DNA of 64,000 nt from an uncultured Oscillospiraceae bacterium (GCA_900547305.1 URGH01000002.1:8829-72828); one strand, 5' to 3'. Positions 38,327 through 47,913 are shown, counted from the stretch's first letter. Numbers and translations: made by a program. The notes: generated by a model not told the origin, from the sequence alone.

Positions 38327-38851
38327 ATGAAAAAAATTCTGTCTTTTTTATTGGTTACATTTCTCTGCTTTGCGCTTTCGGCATGCGATATTGAAGATTC
38401 GCCGCAAAAAGAGCCTTACGACAGTTCATCAGTTACGGTACAGACCGCAAAACCGGAAGATTACAAATTAAACGAAACCGCGGTTTTTAAAAACATAAAG
38501 GTTACCGCAACGGAAATAAAAGAATCCAACGGCGGCGAGTTTTTCGGACCGGACGAAGGAAATGTTTTTGTAGGTGTAAAATTTGTAATAGAAAATATAT
38601 CCGATGAAAGTCAGTCAATAAGCAGTTTATTATTGTTTGATCCGTACGCGGATGATGTGAAATGCGAATATTCAATAACCGCAAACGCGGATTTCGGCGG
38701 CGGTACTCTTGACGGCGAAATAGCCGCCGGAAAAAGAATGGAAGGGTGGTACGCAGTTGAAGTACCGTCAGGCTGGTCAAAGATAGATCTTGATGTTAAG
38801 TCTTCGTGGCTTTCGGGAAGCTCGGCAAGATTTGTATTTAATAAATCATAA
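38327..38851 (+). CDS. DUF4352-domain lipoprotein
   Basis: Start MKKILSFLL with lipobox ALSAC. C-terminal GWYAVEVP-type motif. Confidence 0.7.
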   Translation: MKKILSFLLVTFLCFALSACDIEDSPQKEPYDSSSVTVQTAKPEDYKLNETAVFKNIKVTATEIKESNGGEFFGPDEGNVFVGVKFVIENISDESQSISSLLLFDPYADDVKCEYSITANADFGGGTLDGEIAAGKRMEGWYAVEVPSGWSKIDLDVKSSWLSGSSARFVFNKS

Positions 38852-39254
38852 GTATAAGAATCGGAAGCCGATTTGCCTCTCCTGTGTAAGGGGTCTATTT
38901 TCCTACAGTGCGGAGAAAATGTCGCGCAGCGACAAAATCGGCTCCCTTGTGTAAAGGGAGCTGTTGAGCGCAGCGAAACTGAGGGATTGTAAAAAAATAA
39001 AGCTAATCAATAGCCTAAGACTTGTTTGAATACCCCTCAGTCAACTTCGTTGACAGCTCCCCTCTATAAAAAGAGGGGAGCCTTTGGTTTGCAGAAACCC
39101 TGCCTCCCCGGTGTTTGGGTGCGGGTGTCCGGGGGACACCTCTGCAAAGCAGAAGCACCGACCGAGGCGGCAGCCGAGACGGTGTCATGCGCGAGCTATG
39201 ACGGAGGGGTTGTTACAAGCCAGACTTAGATATTAGACCTTAAATAAATACCCC
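38852..39254. repeat. 400-nt non-coding, GC-rich, hairpin-dense region with imperfect direct repeats. AATACCCCTCAGTC occurs at 39028 and 39249.
   Basis: Repeated units ..ctcctgtgtaagggg..gcgcagcgacaaaatcgg / ..ctcccttgtgtaaaggg..gcgcagcgaaactgaggg. Palindromes GTCAACttcGTTGAC, GGTGTCCgggGGACACC and GCTCCCCTCTataaaaAGAGGGGAGC. Confidence 0.5.
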
Positions 39255-39599
39255 TCAGTCGCCCGGCGGCGCTAACCGCTGACCGCGGCGGAGTTGTTTA
39301 TTAAGCTCCTGCCCCCGTTTTTCAAGCTCTTTCATAAAATTCACTCCCGCAATAAATCCGAGCTGAAAGTATGTATCTCTTATTACAGCATCGCGGCTTG
39401 CAATTTCCTTATAAAATCTATCGCGTTCATCTTCATTTTTAAAATAAGAATTTATAAGCCTTTCGGTGCGGCACTCCATATTTCTTATTGCGGTTTCATA
39501 GTCAAGGTCTTCCTTTTCAATAAGACTTTGCCCTAAGTCTAAAAAATAATCGCTTAGTTCAGATAACTTACACCTTTTTAACATATTTGAAAATTCCAT
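39255..39599 (-). CDS. Hypothetical helical protein (114 aa)
   Basis: ORF with AGAGAGGG RBS. No recognisable motifs. Confidence 0.55.
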   Translation of the reverse strand: MEFSNMLKRCKLSELSDYFLDLGQSLIEKEDLDYETAIRNMECRTERLINSYFKNEDERDRFYKEIASRDAVIRDTYFQLGFIAGVNFMKELEKRGQELNKQLRRGQRLAPPGD

Positions 39600-39715
39600 A
39601 TATCTTTACCCTCTCTTAATAATATTTACTATTAAATTATACACTACATATGATGTAATGTCAATACATTATTTATGATGTATGATATAATTTTAAAAAA
39701 AGGCGGTAGGGAAAT

Positions 39716-39949
39716 ATGAAGAAATATTATGAGATTTTAAGGGAATTAAGAGAAGATAAAGAACCAAAAACAAATCAAAAGGAAATTGCAAAAATTCTCG
39801 GTACAAGCCAACAGTACTACAGCGAATATGAAAACGGAAAACGACCCCTGCCACTGGAGCATTTAGTAACGCTTTGTAAGTATTATAATGTATCGGCAGA
39901 TTATATTTTAGGTCTGCCCGAAAATATGCCTTTCCCGAAAAGGCAGTAA
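39716..39949 (+). CDS. XRE-family HTH transcriptional regulator (paralog of 37990..38211)
   Basis: 77 aa. Shared C-terminal motif LC.YYN.SADYI.GL. Confidence 0.8.
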   Translation: MKKYYEILRELREDKEPKTNQKEIAKILGTSQQYYSEYENGKRPLPLEHLVTLCKYYNVSADYILGLPENMPFPKRQ

Positions 39950-39990
39950 ACTAAAGCGGCAGAACTCGGTTCTGCCGCTTTAGTTTTTTA
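39948..39990. terminator. Bidirectional terminator between XRE and thrS
   Basis: AAACTAAAGCGGCAGAAC-tcgg-GTTCTGCCGCTTTAGTTT followed by TTTT. Confidence 0.6.
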
Positions 39991-39991
39991 A

Positions 39992-41938
39992 TTATTTTAT
40001 TACCCGGCTTTTATCTTCCGAAACTGCGCGTTCAATAAACTCATCCGCCGTCATAGAGCCAAGGTCGCCGTTTTCGCCGCGCTCTCTAACCGAAAGCGTG
40101 CCGTTTTCCACCTCGTTATCGCCGATTATGAGCATATAGGGCACCTTTTGCAGCCTTGCCTCACGGATTTTATAGCCTATCTTCTCGTTGCGGTCGTCCA
40201 GTTCCACGCGAATACCCTTTTCTTCAAGGCGGCGCTTAATATCGCACGCGTAGTCGCAGTGGCGGTCGGCAATAGTTAAAAGCTTTACCTGAACGGGGGC
40301 TAACCACATCGGGAACGCGCCCGCGTACTTTTCAATAAGCAACGCGAGAGTTCTTTCGTAGCAGCCGATAGAGGTACGGTGAATAATATAGGGGTTTTTC
40401 TTCACGCCGTCGCGGTCGACATATTCCATACCGAATTTCTCTGCGAGCATCTGGTCTATCTGAATGGTGATAAGCGTGTCTTCCTTGCCGTAAACGTTCT
40501 TTATTTGAATATCGAGCTTAGGTCCGTAGAAAGCCGCCTCGCCGATACCTATTTTATAGGGGATTTCAAGGTGGTCGAGTATCTTTTTCATAACTCCCTG
40601 CGCCTCGTCCCACTGCTCGGGCGTGCCTATATATTTATCGCGGTCAGCGGGATCCCACTGTGAGAAACGGTAGGAAACATCCTCATAAAGCCCCAAAGTT
40701 TTGAGCATATAAATTGCAAGCTCCAGGCAGCCGCGGAACTCCTGCTCTAATTGGTCGGGGGTGCACATTAAGTGACCCTCGGAAATTGTGAACTGACGAA
40801 CCCTTATAAGACCGTGCATTTCGCCGCTGTCCTCATTGCGGAAAAGCGTTGAGGTCTCGTTATAACGCAGAGGCAGGTCACGGTAAGAGCGCGCGCGATT
40901 TAAATATGCCTGATACTGGAACGGGCATGTCATGGGGCGCAGTGCAAAGCACTCTTTGGTTTCGTCGTTCGGGTCGCCCAAAATAAACATACCGTCAAGG
41001 TAGTGATCCCAGTGACCCGAAAGCTTGTAAAGCTCGCGCTTTGCCATATAGGGGGTTTTGGTAAGCTGCCAGCCGCGGCGCGCCTCTTCATCCTCAACAA
41101 AGCGCTGCAAAATCTGAATTATTTTAGCGCCCTTGGGCAGCAATATCGGCAAGCCCTGACCTATAATATCAACGGTTGTGAAAAGCTCCAATTCGCGCCC
41201 CAACTTGTTGTGGTCGCGCTTTTTAGCCTCTTCAAGCATATTAAGGTGCGCTTCAAGCTCGCTCGCCTTCGGGAAAGCCGTGCCGTAAACGCGGCAGAGC
41301 ATTTTCTTTGAGGAATCTCCGCGCCAGTATGCGCCCGTGGCGGAAGTAAGCTTAAACGCCTTAACCGCACCCGTGCTCATAAGGTGCGCGCCCGCGCACA
41401 AATCGGTAAATTCGCCCTGCGTGTAAAAGCTTATATCCTCGCCCTCGGGAATATCCTCTGCAAGCTCAACCTTATAAGGCTCATTCTTTTCCTTAAAGAA
41501 CTCAACCGCATCGTTTCTGCTTTTATAGCTGCGCTCAAGCTTTATATCCTCTTTTACTATTTTCTTCATTTCCGCCTCAATTTTCGCAAGGTCCTCGGGC
41601 GTAAATTTGGTTTCTACGTCAAAATCATAGTAAAATCCGTCGTCAACTGCGGGGCCTATTGCAAGCTTTGCCTCGGGGTAAAGCCTTTTTACCGCCTGCG
41701 CCATAATATGCGAAGCGGTATGGCGAAATGTCCATTTGCCGTAATCGTCTTCAAACGTTAAAATTTCAAGCTCGCAGTCTTCGTTCAGCGTATCGCGCAA
41801 ATCGGCGTTTTTGCCGTTTATTCTGGCAGCGCAGGCGTTGCGCACAAGCCCCATGCTTATTTCCTTTGCGGCTTCATAAGCGGAAATTCCGGCGGGGAAT
41901 TCCTTTACGCTGCCGTCCTTTAAAGTAACCTTTATCAT
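39992..41938 (-). CDS. thrS: Threonine--tRNA ligase
   Basis: 648 aa with TGS, editing, class II core and anticodon-binding domains. Confidence 0.95.
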   Translation of the reverse strand: MIKVTLKDGSVKEFPAGISAYEAAKEISMGLVRNACAARINGKNADLRDTLNEDCELEILTFEDDYGKWTFRHTASHIMAQAVKRLYPEAKLAIGPAVDDGFYYDFDVETKFTPEDLAKIEAEMKKIVKEDIKLERSYKSRNDAVEFFKEKNEPYKVELAEDIPEGEDISFYTQGEFTDLCAGAHLMSTGAVKAFKLTSATGAYWRGDSSKKMLCRVYGTAFPKASELEAHLNMLEEAKKRDHNKLGRELELFTTVDIIGQGLPILLPKGAKIIQILQRFVEDEEARRGWQLTKTPYMAKRELYKLSGHWDHYLDGMFILGDPNDETKECFALRPMTCPFQYQAYLNRARSYRDLPLRYNETSTLFRNEDSGEMHGLIRVRQFTISEGHLMCTPDQLEQEFRGCLELAIYMLKTLGLYEDVSYRFSQWDPADRDKYIGTPEQWDEAQGVMKKILDHLEIPYKIGIGEAAFYGPKLDIQIKNVYGKEDTLITIQIDQMLAEKFGMEYVDRDGVKKNPYIIHRTSIGCYERTLALLIEKYAGAFPMWLAPVQVKLLTIADRHCDYACDIKRRLEEKGIRVELDDRNEKIGYKIREARLQKVPYMLIIGDNEVENGTLSVRERGENGDLGSMTADEFIERAVSEDKSRVIK

Positions 41939-41944
41939 AACCTA

Positions 41945-42235
41945 TACCTCCGAAAAAATAAAGCTCCGCCCCTCGGTTAAGAGGGACGGAGCAAATTTAA
42001 ACTGTACTCCGCGGTTCCACCCGCATTCCGTTTTTTTAAAAACGGCACTTTACTACCCTTAACGCGGGTAAAACGTCCGTGTTGCAACCCACGGCGCTCA
42101 AAGGCGGTGTTCGCTTTTTCCGGAATTTACGCGGCTTTCAGCCGACGGCTCGCGCTCTCTTTTAAATTCGCTTTGAAAAAGCTACTGTCCTTTTCAACGT
42201 TTTAACACATATATAATAACGCTGCGGTTAAAAAA
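41945..42235 (-). promoter_or_regulatory. T-box riboswitch leader of thrS, with terminator hairpin at 41963..41992
   Basis: Minus-strand AATGCGGGTGGAACCGCG matches the T-box consensus AGGGTGGNACCGCG. It is followed by GCTCCGTCCCTC-loop-GAGGGGCGGAGC and a U-run, then GAGGT RBS. Confidence 0.75.
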
Positions 42236-42245
42236 TGTCAAGCCC

Positions 42246-42524
42246 TTAATTTTTCAGCGCTCTTTCAAGCCATACAAAGCCGAAATCAAGCGCGTCAAAA
42301 AAACTTTCCTTTACCGTTTCCTTAACCACTCTGTCCTTATCGGGTAGCTGGGTATCGCTTTTAAGCAGCTGAACGGTGACCCTTTCGGGAATTTTATCCT
42401 CTTTTGTTTCCGTAAGCACCGTGAACTTTATCACATAAGCGTCCGCCATATCGCCGTAGAAAATTTCTTTCCCGCTGCGCACAAGCGGCTTGCCCTTATA
42501 ACTCAAAAATTTGTTTTCTGCCAT
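42246..42524 (-). CDS. Hypothetical small protein (92 aa)
   Basis: ORF with no known motif. Paired with 42534..42803. Confidence 0.45.
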   Translation of the reverse strand: MAENKFLSYKGKPLVRSGKEIFYGDMADAYVIKFTVLTETKEDKIPERVTVQLLKSDTQLPDKDRVVKETVKESFFDALDFGFVWLERALKN

Positions 42525-42533
42525 TTTTACTCC

Positions 42534-42803
42534 TTATTTCTTATCCTCGCCCGGAATTTCGCCGTAAAGATTAAAGCGGAAGAGCATGGTCTCATCCTCG
42601 GGATTGGTGCAGCGAATAGTCGCCTCGGTCACCTCGGTGTTTTTAAGAATGGTGCTGAGTCCTAACATCTGGCAAAGCTTTGATTTAAGGTTCAGCACAT
42701 CGCCGTCCTTTGTTTCAAGGTAAACATCGCCCTTGCATTCGTCAACTGCCTTTATAAAATCGTCAAAGTCCACATTGTGAAGTTGAATTTTTCCGTTATC
42801 CAT
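42534..42803 (-). CDS. Hypothetical small protein (89 aa)
   Basis: ORF, acidic, no known motif. Confidence 0.45.
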   Translation of the reverse strand: MDNGKIQLHNVDFDDFIKAVDECKGDVYLETKDGDVLNLKSKLCQMLGLSTILKNTEVTEATIRCTNPEDETMLFRFNLYGEIPGEDKK

Positions 42804-42871
42804 TTTTACAAGCCTCCTCTTAATGCTATATTAAAAGTATAATCCATATAAATAAATATGTCAAGTAAGTG

Positions 42872-42900
42872 TTGACATTTTGACAAAATTCATTTACTAT
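42872..42900 (+). promoter_or_regulatory. Candidate sigma-A promoter TTGACA-17-TACTAT upstream of glyQS
   Basis: Sequence match only. Confidence 0.35.
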
Positions 42901-42924
42901 AGTATTTGTAGAAATTTCGGGTTT

Positions 42925-44331
42925 ATGGAGGAATTCACTTTGGAAAACTCAAAAAAAAGTATGGATACTATTGTATCTCTTGCAAAAGGGCGCGGGTTTG
43001 TCTACCCCAGCAGTGAAATTTACGGCGGGCTTGCAAACTCGTGGGATTACGGCCCTTTGGGCGTTGAGCTTAAAAACAATATTAAAAGGGCGTGGCTTAA
43101 AAAGTTCGTTCAGGAATGTCCCTATAACGTAGGGCTTGACAGCGCGATACTTATGAACCCGGAAACATGGGTGGCATCGGGTCACTTAGGCGGCTTTTCC
43201 GACCCGCTTATGGACTGCAAGAGCTGCAAAACCCGCCACAGGGCCGATAAACTTATAGAAGACTATGTGGCAGAGAACGACCTCAGCGATAACCCCGCCG
43301 CTATGAGCGACGAGGAAATGATGCAGTATATTAAGGATAAGGGCATTGCCTGCCCCAACTGCGGCGGTCATGATTTTACCGATATACGCAAATTTAACCT
43401 TATGTTCAAGACCTTTCAGGGCGTAACCGAGGACAGCACATCTACCCTTTACCTCCGCCCCGAAACCGCGCAGGGTATTTTTGTAAACTTTAAGAACATT
43501 GCCCGCACCACCCGCAAAAAAATACCGTTCGGCGTGGCGCAGATAGGTAAATCTTTCAGAAACGAAATTACCCCCGGTAACTTTATTTTCCGTATTCGCG
43601 AGTTTGAGCAAATGGAGCTTGAGTTCTTCTGCAAGCCCGGCACCGACCTTGAATGGTTTGAGTACTGGCGCGCTTACTGCCGCAAGTGGCTTTTAGACCT
43701 GGGAATAAACGAAGAGCATTTAAGGCTGCGCGACCACGATAAGGATGAGCTTTGCTTCTACTCCAAGGCTACTACCGACTTTGAGTTCCTTTTCCCGTTC
43801 GGCTGGGGCGAATTGTGGGGCGTTGCCGACCGTACCGATTACGATTTAACCCAACACTCTGAGCACTCGGGTCAGCCTATGGATTACTTTGACCCCGAAA
43901 CCAACGAAAAATATATACCCTATGTTATAGAGCCGTCGCTCGGTGCTGACCGCGTGCTGCTCGCCTTCCTTTGCGATGCATACGATGAGGAAACCGACGA
44001 AAAGGGAGATGTTCGCACCGTTATGCACTTCCACCCGGCGCTCGCCCCCTTTAAAGCCGCGGTGCTCCCGCTTTCTAAAAAGCTTTCGGATAAAGCCACC
44101 GAAATATACTCGGAGCTTTCAAAGGACTTTATGATTGACTTTGACGATGCCGGCTCAATAGGCAAGCGTTACCGCCGCCAGGATGAAATAGGCACGCCTA
44201 TTTGCATAACTTACGATTTCGACTCAGCAGAGGACAACTGCGTTACCGTTCGCGACCGCGACACAATGGAGCAAAAGCGCATACCGATAACCGAGCTTAA
44301 AGCGTACATTGCAGAGGCTGTTAAATTCTAA
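42925..44331 (+). CDS. glyQS: Glycine--tRNA ligase (alpha2 dimeric type)
   Basis: [29 protein letters not shown] signature. The start is ambiguous: ATG at 42925, or TTG at 42940 preceded by GGAGGA. Confidence 0.9.
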   Translation: MEEFTLENSKKSMDTIVSLAKGRGFVYPSSEIYGGLANSWDYGPLGVELKNNIKRAWLKKFVQECPYNVGLDSAILMNPETWVASGHLGGFSDPLMDCKSCKTRHRADKLIEDYVAENDLSDNPAAMSDEEMMQYIKDKGIACPNCGGHDFTDIRKFNLMFKTFQGVTEDSTSTLYLRPETAQGIFVNFKNIARTTRKKIPFGVAQIGKSFRNEITPGNFIFRIREFEQMELEFFCKPGTDLEWFEYWRAYCRKWLLDLGINEEHLRLRDHDKDELCFYSKATTDFEFLFPFGWGELWGVADRTDYDLTQHSEHSGQPMDYFDPETNEKYIPYVIEPSLGADRVLLAFLCDAYDEETDEKGDVRTVMHFHPALAPFKAAVLPLSKKLSDKATEIYSELSKDFMIDFDDAGSIGKRYRRQDEIGTPICITYDFDSAEDNCVTVRDRDTMEQKRIPITELKAYIAEAVKF

Positions 44332-44346
44332 AACAGGGGTAAAAAT

Positions 44347-46104
44347 ATGTCTTCAACTACTATACTTTTAATGGTAGCCGAGCTTTTCGGCGGGCTTGCG
44401 TTCTTCCTTTACGGAATGTCAATGCTGTCGGGCGGGCTTGAAAATCTGACCGGCGGCACCTTGGAGCAAACCTTGAAAAAGGTCACCCGAAACCCGTTTT
44501 TAAGCTTTTTCCTCGGCGCAGGCATAACCATTGCAATACAGTCGTCATCCGCTATGACGGTTATGCTTGTAGGTCTTGTAAACTCGGGCATAGTGGATTT
44601 TTGCGATACCTTCGGCGTTGTTATGGGCTCAAACGTGGGCACCACCCTTACCGCGTGGCTTTTAAGCCTTGCGGGAATAGGCGGGGACAATTTCTTCCTG
44701 ACATTGCTAAAGCCCATGACCTTTGCCCCCCTGCTTGCGTTTATCGGTATTCTTTTCAGAATGATTTCAAAGGAAGAAAAGAAGAAAAATATCGGGCTTA
44801 TTTTCATAGGCTTTGCCATTCTTATGACCGGCATGGACTTTATGAGCAACTCTATGAGCTCCGTGCAAGATATGAAAGGCTTTCAAAGCCTGCTTACGGC
44901 GTTCAGCAGCCCGATAATAGCGCTTTTAATCTCGATTCTTTTCACCGGAATAATTCAGTCCTCCGCCGCCACTATAGGTATAGTTCAGGCTTTGGCGCTT
45001 ACGGGTGCCATAACCTACGAAATGGCAATACCGCTGGTGCTCGGCGCCAATATCGGCACCTGCATTACAGCCTTTCTTTCAAGCTTCGGAACAAACAGAA
45101 ACGCAAAACGAGTTGTGGCGCTGCATATATACGTAAATGTTCTCGGCTCGGTTGTATGTATGATAATTCTTTACATACTCAAAGCCGTGGGCGTGGGCGT
45201 TTTATCAATGACCGTCTCTATGTTCGGCGTTGCAATTATCCACACGCTGTTTAACCTTGTTAACACAATAGTGCTTGTTCCCTTTAAAAAGGCTATCTAC
45301 AAGCTGTGCGAGCTTACCGTTAAGGGCGATAACGATAAAACGCATACCGTTTTTCTGGACGAGCGTTTGTTCAACAACACCGCTCTTGCGGTATCCGAAT
45401 GTCACCGCCTTACAAACGAAATGGCGGAGCACGCAAGAGACTCGCTTACAAAGGCTATCGGGCTTATATCGTCCTACAAAGCCGAAACCGCGCAATACAT
45501 CCGCGAAAACGAGGAGCTTATTGATAAATATGAGGACAAGCTCGGCACTTACTTAGTAAGGCTCAGCAACAACGAGCTTTCGGAAAACACCTCCCACTCA
45601 ATTGCCCGTATGCTCCACAGTATAGGCGACTTTGAGCGAATAGGCGACCACGCGCTCAATATTTGCAAGGTTGCCGAAGAAATGCACAATAAAAACATTC
45701 ATTTTTCGGATGAGGCAAAAAAAGAGATTGCCGTTATAACAAACGCCGTTACCGAAATACTCAATATGACGGTGGATTCGTTTATAAACGACGATATAGA
45801 GCTTGCCTCTCACGTTGAGCCGCTTGAGCAGGTTATAGATAAGCTCAATAAAAAACTTAAAGCCCGCCATGTCGCAAGGCTTCAAAACGGCGAGTGCACC
45901 ATTGAGCTGGGCTTTGTGTTTACCGACCTGTTAACCAACTATGAGCGCGTTTCCGACCATTGCTCAAACGTTGCGGTTTACACCATGCAGCTGCCGAGCG
46001 ATAAGCTGGACGCGCACAAGTACCTTGCAAAAATCAAAAACGCCGAAACCGGCGCGTTTGTCGACGATTTCAATATGTACGCCGAAAAATATTCGCTTAC
46101 TTGA
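44347..46104 (+). CDS. Na/Pi cotransporter family protein with C-terminal PhoU-like domain
   Basis: 585 aa. Duplicated NptA-type TM repeats plus PhoU-like helices. Confidence 0.85.
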   Translation: MSSTTILLMVAELFGGLAFFLYGMSMLSGGLENLTGGTLEQTLKKVTRNPFLSFFLGAGITIAIQSSSAMTVMLVGLVNSGIVDFCDTFGVVMGSNVGTTLTAWLLSLAGIGGDNFFLTLLKPMTFAPLLAFIGILFRMISKEEKKKNIGLIFIGFAILMTGMDFMSNSMSSVQDMKGFQSLLTAFSSPIIALLISILFTGIIQSSAATIGIVQALALTGAITYEMAIPLVLGANIGTCITAFLSSFGTNRNAKRVVALHIYVNVLGSVVCMIILYILKAVGVGVLSMTVSMFGVAIIHTLFNLVNTIVLVPFKKAIYKLCELTVKGDNDKTHTVFLDERLFNNTALAVSECHRLTNEMAEHARDSLTKAIGLISSYKAETAQYIRENEELIDKYEDKLGTYLVRLSNNELSENTSHSIARMLHSIGDFERIGDHALNICKVAEEMHNKNIHFSDEAKKEIAVITNAVTEILNMTVDSFINDDIELASHVEPLEQVIDKLNKKLKARHVARLQNGECTIELGFVFTDLLTNYERVSDHCSNVAVYTMQLPSDKLDAHKYLAKIKNAETGAFVDDFNMYAEKYSLT

Positions 46105-46129
46105 CAAACCGATAACATAATGCTATAAT
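46101..46129 (+). promoter_or_regulatory. Consensus sigma-A promoter TTGACA-17-TATAAT driving the TPP riboswitch
   Basis: Perfect hexamers, 17-nt spacer. Confidence 0.55.
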
Positions 46130-46139
46130 AGCTTTGCAA

Positions 46140-46279
46140 TTTAGGGAGCTTGATGAAACTCAGGCTGAGAGGAAGTCCGCTTTTCGCTATGACTTCGACC
46201 TATGACCTGATACGGATAATGCCGTCGTAGGGAAATACGCTAACAGTATTGCCGCAGGTCTTTGCCTGCGGCTTTTTTC
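46140..46279 (+). promoter_or_regulatory. TPP (THI-box) riboswitch with intrinsic terminator (46251..46279)
   Basis: CTGAGA...GACCTGATACGGATAATGCCGTCGTAGGGAA THI-box. CCGCAGG-tctttg-CCTGCGG plus a U-run. Confidence 0.8.
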
Positions 46280-46315
46280 GCGGGTAATTGCGATATATAA
46301 AAGGAGTGTTGAAAA

Positions 46316-46897
46316 ATGGAAACAAAAAACAAACCCGTCTACAAACTCACCTTCAGCGCCGTTATGGTGGCGCTGGCGTCCGCCCTCAGCCTTATAAAGA
46401 TTTACGAGCTGCCGCTGGGCGGCGCGGTAACCCTTTTAAGCATGCTGCCGATAGTAGTTATATCTATTTCCTTGGGGCTTAAATGGGGCATAGGCTCTTC
46501 ATTCGTTTACTCGCTCATTCAGCTTTTCTTCGGAATAACGCTTGACGGCCTGCTCGGTTGGGGTCTTACCGCCGCATACCTTGTAGGCACTATTTTTCTT
46601 GATTACATAATCGCCTTTACCGTTTTGGGCTTTGCGGGCGCATTTGCAAAAAAAGGCTATTCCGGAACGCTTGCCGGCATCACGCTTGTTTTTGTGCTGA
46701 GATTTGTTTCTCACCTTATCTCGGGCGCTATTCTTTTCGGTATTCCCGAAAAATGGGCGGATAAATTCAACAACGTATGGCTGTATTCCGCAGCCTACAA
46801 CGGCTCTTATATGCTCCCCGAGCTTGTAATAACCCTTGTTGCCGCAGCAATTATTTTCCGTCTGCCCCAGGTAAAAAAGATTTTGGGCTTAAAATAA
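46316..46897 (+). CDS. thiT: Thiamine ECF transporter S-component ThiT-like membrane protein
   Basis: 193 aa, 6 TM segments, immediately downstream of the TPP riboswitch. AAAGGAG RBS. Confidence 0.65.
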   Translation: METKNKPVYKLTFSAVMVALASALSLIKIYELPLGGAVTLLSMLPIVVISISLGLKWGIGSSFVYSLIQLFFGITLDGLLGWGLTAAYLVGTIFLDYIIAFTVLGFAGAFAKKGYSGTLAGITLVFVLRFVSHLISGAILFGIPEKWADKFNNVWLYSAAYNGSYMLPELVITLVAAAIIFRLPQVKKILGLK

Positions 46898-47068
46898 TTT
46901 AAAAATGGCAAATGAGAAAATAAGAGAAAAACGGAGCATTTTAAAGAAAAACAGAGATTGCGAACATTAAATTAAAATTTCCGAAATTTTATGTTGACAT
47001 TACCTCCCGGCTGTGGTATTATAATTTAGCTGTTTAATTATTAAAAGATTTTTTGGAGGTTTTGAATT

Positions 47069-47497
47069 ATGTCTACATTTATGGCAAAACCTGCTGAAAT
47101 TCAGCGTAAATGGTATATAATCGACGCTGCCGACAGACCGCTCGGACGTACCGCTACCAAGGTTGCGGATATTCTTCGCGGAAAGTTAAAGCCGGAGTTT
47201 ACTCCCCATGTCGATTGCGGCGACCATGTTGTCGTTATCAACGCTGATAAGGCGGTTTTAACAGGTAAAAAACTGGATAAGAAGTTCTATCGCCGTCACA
47301 CCGGCTATATCGGCGGTCTTAAAGAGGTTAAGTATTCCTCTCTTATGAAGACCCGCCCCGAGCTCGCTATGGAGCTTGCCGTTAAGGGTATGGTGCCGGA
47401 TACTACAATCGGCCGCAAGGCTCTTACCAGACTTCACGTTTACAGCGGCACCGAGTACGCTCAGGTTGCCCAGAAGCCCGAAAAGCTTGAATTTTAA
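47069..47497 (+). CDS. rplM: 50S ribosomal protein L13
   Basis: 142 aa, L13 signature. Upstream TTGACA...TATAAT promoter. Confidence 0.95.
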   Translation: MSTFMAKPAEIQRKWYIIDAADRPLGRTATKVADILRGKLKPEFTPHVDCGDHVVVINADKAVLTGKKLDKKFYRRHTGYIGGLKEVKYSSLMKTRPELAMELAVKGMVPDTTIGRKALTRLHVYSGTEYAQVAQKPEKLEF

Positions 47498-47514
47498 GAA
47501 GGGAGACAGAAACA

Positions 47515-47913
47515 ATGTTTGAAGCAAAGCCTTATTTCTACGGAACAGGCAGAAGAAAAAGTTCTGTTGCCCGTGTTCGTCTTTATGCAGGTACCGGAAA
47601 GGTTACCGTTAACGATAGGGATATTGACGATTATTTCGGTCTTGAAACACTCAAGCTCATCGTTCGTCAGCCCCTCGTACTCACCGGCACTGCCGATAAG
47701 TATGATGTTGTTTGCCGCGTTGCAGGCGGCGGTGTTACAGGTCAGGCAGGCGCTGTTCGCCACGGTATTTCCCGTGCGCTGCTCCAGTCCGATGCTGAGC
47801 TCCGCGCAGAGCTTAAAAAGGCAGGTTTCCTCACACGCGATCCGCGTATGAAGGAAAGAAAGAAGTACGGTCTCAAAGGCGCTCGCCGTGCACCGCAGTT
47901 CTCAAAGAGATAA
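47515..47913 (+). CDS. rpsI: 30S ribosomal protein S9
   Basis: 132 aa ending in ...KRAPQFSKR. Confidence 0.95.
   Translation: MFEAKPYFYGTGRRKSSVARVRLYAGTGKVTVNDRDIDDYFGLETLKLIVRQPLVLTGTADKYDVVCRVAGGGVTGQAGAVRHGISRALLQSDAELRAELKKAGFLTRDPRMKERKKYGLKGARRAPQFSKR

Noticed and set aside
39026-39229. 67-aa ORF inside the repeat-rich block
   Set aside because: No Shine-Dalgarno. It spans palindromic GC-rich hairpins, and its composition reflects the repeats rather than coding bias.
38852-39254. CRISPR array
   Set aside because: The repeats are imperfect, of unequal length and irregular spacing. There are no cas genes anywhere in the window.
46288-46482. 64-aa ORF overlapping the TPP riboswitch terminator and the thiT start
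   Set aside because: It is embedded in the riboswitch expression platform and out of frame with thiT. There is a better explanation for this sequence.
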